Sequence record: CM040116.1
Length of the DNA stretch: 32,000 nt
Reading direction: 5' to 3' (one strand)
A program made the translations under genes and the position numbers. This document shows, in pieces, positions 31,249 to 32,000 of this stretch (its first letter is position 1; each line of letters starts with the position of its first letter). A model generated the notes under the pieces. The model searched no databases. It was not told the origin of the DNA and saw only the letters and a list, made by a program, of their open reading frames with translations.

Positions 31249-31649
31249 GGGACTGTAAGGTTTCTACATATAATATATTATATATTATGCTATAAATATA
31301 GCTTTATTAATACTAATAATAAATGCTAAAAATAACATATTACCTTTATCTAGAAAATTAGTTTGTGCTTAAATTGATAACATTTATTTTATTAAATGAA
31401 AATCCTATAACCACATACTTTTTATTAGAATTCAAATAGTGTAAACCTATACATTTATTTGATATATTAAAATTGGTTGCTCTTTCGTTAATATTAATCA
31501 AGAAATTAATATATGAAGATAAGTAATAAATTCCTATAATATTAAATCATATCTTTCTTAAGTTATATTACTTATCTAATAATTAGTAATATAATGAAAT
31601 GATGTATAATATATTATTATGGACGTGGGTTCAATTCCCGCCAGTTCCA
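31249..31649 (+). ncRNA. ssrA: Plastid tmRNA (ssrA)
   Basis: The 5' end GGGACTGTAAGGTTTCTACAT pairs with the 3' end CAGTTCCA to form a tRNA-Ala-like acceptor with a G3-U70 wobble. The T arm is GGACGTGGGTTCAATTCCCGCCAGTTCCA, and CCA is not encoded. An internal tag frame at 31325-31372 reads GCT AAA AAT AAC ATA TTA CCT TTA TCT AGA AAA TTA GTT TGT GCT TAA, giving AKNNILPLSRKLVCA. Both ends resemble the red-algal plastid ssrA as I remember it. Confidence 0.85.
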
Positions 31650-31793
31650 TAATTATTTTTAATATATTCTGAATTTAATAATAATATTAAGACATAATGT
31701 TTATTATTGTTAATTAATATTTATACAAAATATAATTTTATCTTTATCTCGTAATTTTATATATGATTTTTATATCTAACTCATTTTCTAATT

Positions 31794-32000
31794 ATGTACT
31801 ATATTAATACCCATTTACATTCTTTGTTATTTGCAAAAAATGTTTTTTCATCTAGTTATGATTCTCATCTTCCAACAATGAGTAAGTCTTTGGTTTATCG
31901 TCCATTTATAAGTAAATTAGTTAATAAATATTGGCAAGAAAAAATTTTTTTATCCGTTTCAGGCAGTAATTCAGAAAAATATACTAATCAATTGAAATTA
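31794..32000 (+). CDS. Partial ORF running off the right edge, product unknown
   Basis: ATG 31794 is followed by 69 stop-free codons to the window end (MYYINTHLHSLLFAKNVFSSSYDSHLPTMSKSLVYRPFISKLVNKYWQEKIFLSVSGSNSEKYTNQLKL). An in-frame TGA lies at 31764. I do not recognise the family. Confidence 0.3.
   Translation, partial: MYYINTHLHSLLFAKNVFSSSYDSHLPTMSKSLVYRPFISKLVNKYWQEKIFLSVSGSNSEKYTNQLKL

Overview
This window is a very AT-rich, gene-dense piece of a red-algal (Rhodophyta) plastid genome. The evidence is plastid-encoded phycoerythrin (cpeBA), phycocyanin (cpcBA), apcF, cpcG and nblA, together with gltB, secA, chlI, trpA, accA, ftrB, pgmA, ccsA, tilS, rpoZ, the psbEFLJ operon, psaC/I/K/M, psb30, rpl34 and several ycf genes. 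The ORF track misses several short genes that I read directly from the sequence: rpl34, psaM, psbF, psbL, psbJ, psaI, psb30/ycf12 and nblA. It also misses five tRNAs (Arg-UCU, Val-UAC, Lys-UUU, Glu-UUC, Arg-CCG) and a plastid tmRNA (ssrA). I see no mobile elements, CRISPR arrays, introns, defence islands or foreign insertions. This is conserved organellar core sequence, and I do not think it holds a novel multi-gene system. The points most worth a second look are as follows. (1) Three ycf genes within about 7 kb (ycf23, ycf22, ycf20) are each split by a single frameshift, two of them at A/T homopolymer runs, while A8-A9 runs inside secA, tilS and gltB stay in frame. (2) The ssrA gene, with a readable tag frame. 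(3) A cluster of GC-rich CAGCTG palindromes in the nblA-cpeB spacer. (4) A tandem TTACA (HLR1-like) repeat upstream of cpcB. (5) Stem-loops that follow each phycobiliprotein transcription unit. All product calls rest on my recognition of conserved protein or RNA sequence; no database search was run.
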